DNA of 64,000 nt from the human T2T-CHM13v2.0 reference genome, Homo sapiens: NCBI RefSeq assembly GCF_009914755.1, contig NC_060933.1. One strand, 5' to 3'. Each line of letters begins with the position of its first letter. The first letter of the stretch is position 1. Both the position numbers and the translations under genes were made by a program. Below are positions 57,016 to 64,000 of this stretch, piece after piece. The notes beneath the pieces were generated by a model that saw only the letters and a program-made list of their open reading frames with translations, was not told the DNA's origin and did no database searches.

Positions 57016-58037
57016 ATGGGGAGAAACCAGAGCAGAAAAGCTGAAAATTCTAAAAATCAGAGCACATCTTCTCCTCCAAAGTAACACAGCTCCTCACCAG
57101 CAACGGAACAAAGCTGGACGGGGAATGACTTTGATGAGTTGAGAGAAGAAGGCTTCAGACAATCGGTAATAACAAACTTCTCTGAGCTAAAGGAGGAAGT
57201 TCAAACTCATCACAAAGGAGCTAAAAACCTTGAAGAAAGATTAGATGAATGGCTAACTAGAATAAACAGTGCAAAGAAGACCTTAAATGACCTGATGGAC
57301 TGAAAACCATGGCACAAGAACTACGTGACGCATGCACAAGCTTCAGTAGCCGATTCGATCAACTGGAAGAAAGGGTATCAGTGACTGAAGATCAAATGAA
57401 TGAAATGAAGCAAGAAGAGAAGTTTAGAGAAAAAAGAGTAAAAAGAAACAAAGCCTCCAAGAAATATGGGACTATGTGAAAAGACCAAATCTATGTCTGA
57501 TTGGTGTACCTGAAAGTGACGGGGAGAATGGAACCAAGCTGGAAAACACTCTGCAGGATATTATCCAGGAGAAATTCCCCAACCTAGCAAGGCAGGCCAA
57601 CATTCAAATTCAGGAAATACAGAGAACGCCACAAAGATACTCCTCGAGAAGAGCAACTCCAAGACACCTAATTGTCAGATTCACCAAAGTTGAAATGAAG
57701 GAAAAAATATTAAGGGCAGCCGGAGAGAAAGGTCGGGTTACCCACAAAGGGAAGCCCATCAGACTAACAGTGGATCTCTTGGCAGATATTCTAAAAGCCA
57801 GAAGAGAGTGGGGGCCAATATTCAACATTCTTAAAGAGAAGAATTTTCAGCCCAGAATTTCATATCCAGCCAAACTAAGCTTCATAAATGAAGGAGAAAT
57901 AAAATCCTTTACAGACAAGCAAATGCTGAGAGATTTTTGTCACCACCAGGCCTGCCCTAAAAGAGCTCCTGAAGGAAGCACTAAACATGCAAAGGAACAA
58001 CCAGTACCAGCCACTGCAAAAACATGCCAAATTGTAA
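57016..58037 (+). pseudogene. L1 ORF1, disrupted
   Basis: ATG GGG AGA AAC CAG at 57016; premature TAA at codon 23; frameshifts; fragment RPNLCLIGVPE...YPAKLSF. Confidence 0.9.
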
Positions 58038-58100
58038 AGATCATCGATGCTAGGAAGAAACTGCATCAACTAACGAGCAAAATAACCAGCTAACATCATA

Positions 58101-61910
<3,810 letters not shown>

Positions 61911-62279
61911 AGGATGAGAACACTTGGACACAGGGCGGGGAACATCACACACCAGGGCCTGTTGGGGGTGGGGGGAGGGGGGAGGGATAGCATTAGGAGA
62001 ATTACCTAATGTGAATGACGAGTTAATGGGTGCAGCACACCAACATGGCACATGTATACATATGTAACAAGACTGCACGTCGTGTGCATGTACCCTAGAG
62101 CTTAAAGTATTCAAAAAAAAAAAAAAGGAGCCCTAATGAACCTCCCCAAGTTGAGATATGGAACAGCTGAACCTTGGAAGTAAGGGTGAATTACAAGTAG
62201 ACAGACCCTAATTGGAATCAGCTTCAAATCATCTCCATCCCTGCAACTAGAATAAGGTAATTCTGGAATGCCATTGCCT

Positions 62280-63830
<1,551 letters not shown>

Positions 63831-64000
63831 TCTGATTCAAAAAAAAAAAAACTGTAAATAAAAGAATAAGAAAAAATCGGAGGAATTTGAATACTGACTG
63901 AATATTTGATAGTAAGTAATTTAATTTATTTTAAATTGTCGTGGTTTTTTTTAACGAGTACTTATCTTTTAGGGATAGACACTAAAGAATTTACAGATGA

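Overview
Human (primate) genomic DNA at the DNAJA1-SMU1 locus (recognised as chr9p from the two protein sequences). The + strand carries the last six coding exons and 3'UTR of DNAJA1 (Hsp40/HDJ2, ending in the CAAX motif CQTS). The - strand carries all 12 coding exons of the spliceosomal WD40 gene SMU1 (1542 nt CDS, 513 aa) with its CpG-island promoter at about 47 kb. The rest is dense in Alus, old L1s, MIR/L2 and DNA transposon relics, and includes a full-length decayed L1PA (56.0-62.1 kb). Headline finding: the AT-rich non-repeat DNA between the Alus at about 48.5-52.0 kb, just upstream of SMU1, translates on the - strand into a decayed series of peptides colinear with roughly the C-terminal half of the Borna disease virus L polymerase. 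This is a candidate endogenous bornavirus-like L element (EBLL). It predates the Alus that interrupt it, appears to have lost its PRNTase HR region at an Alu pair, and overlaps a CTCF motif. The viral comparison uses my recollection of the BoDV-1 L sequence and needs tblastn confirmation; I cannot tell whether the locus is already catalogued. Other leads are an orphan CpG island between the convergent genes, a candidate SMU1 poison exon, in-frame alternative acceptors that would remove the DNAJA1 CAAX, and a fold-back Alu. Repeat boundaries and subfamily calls are by eye and approximate.
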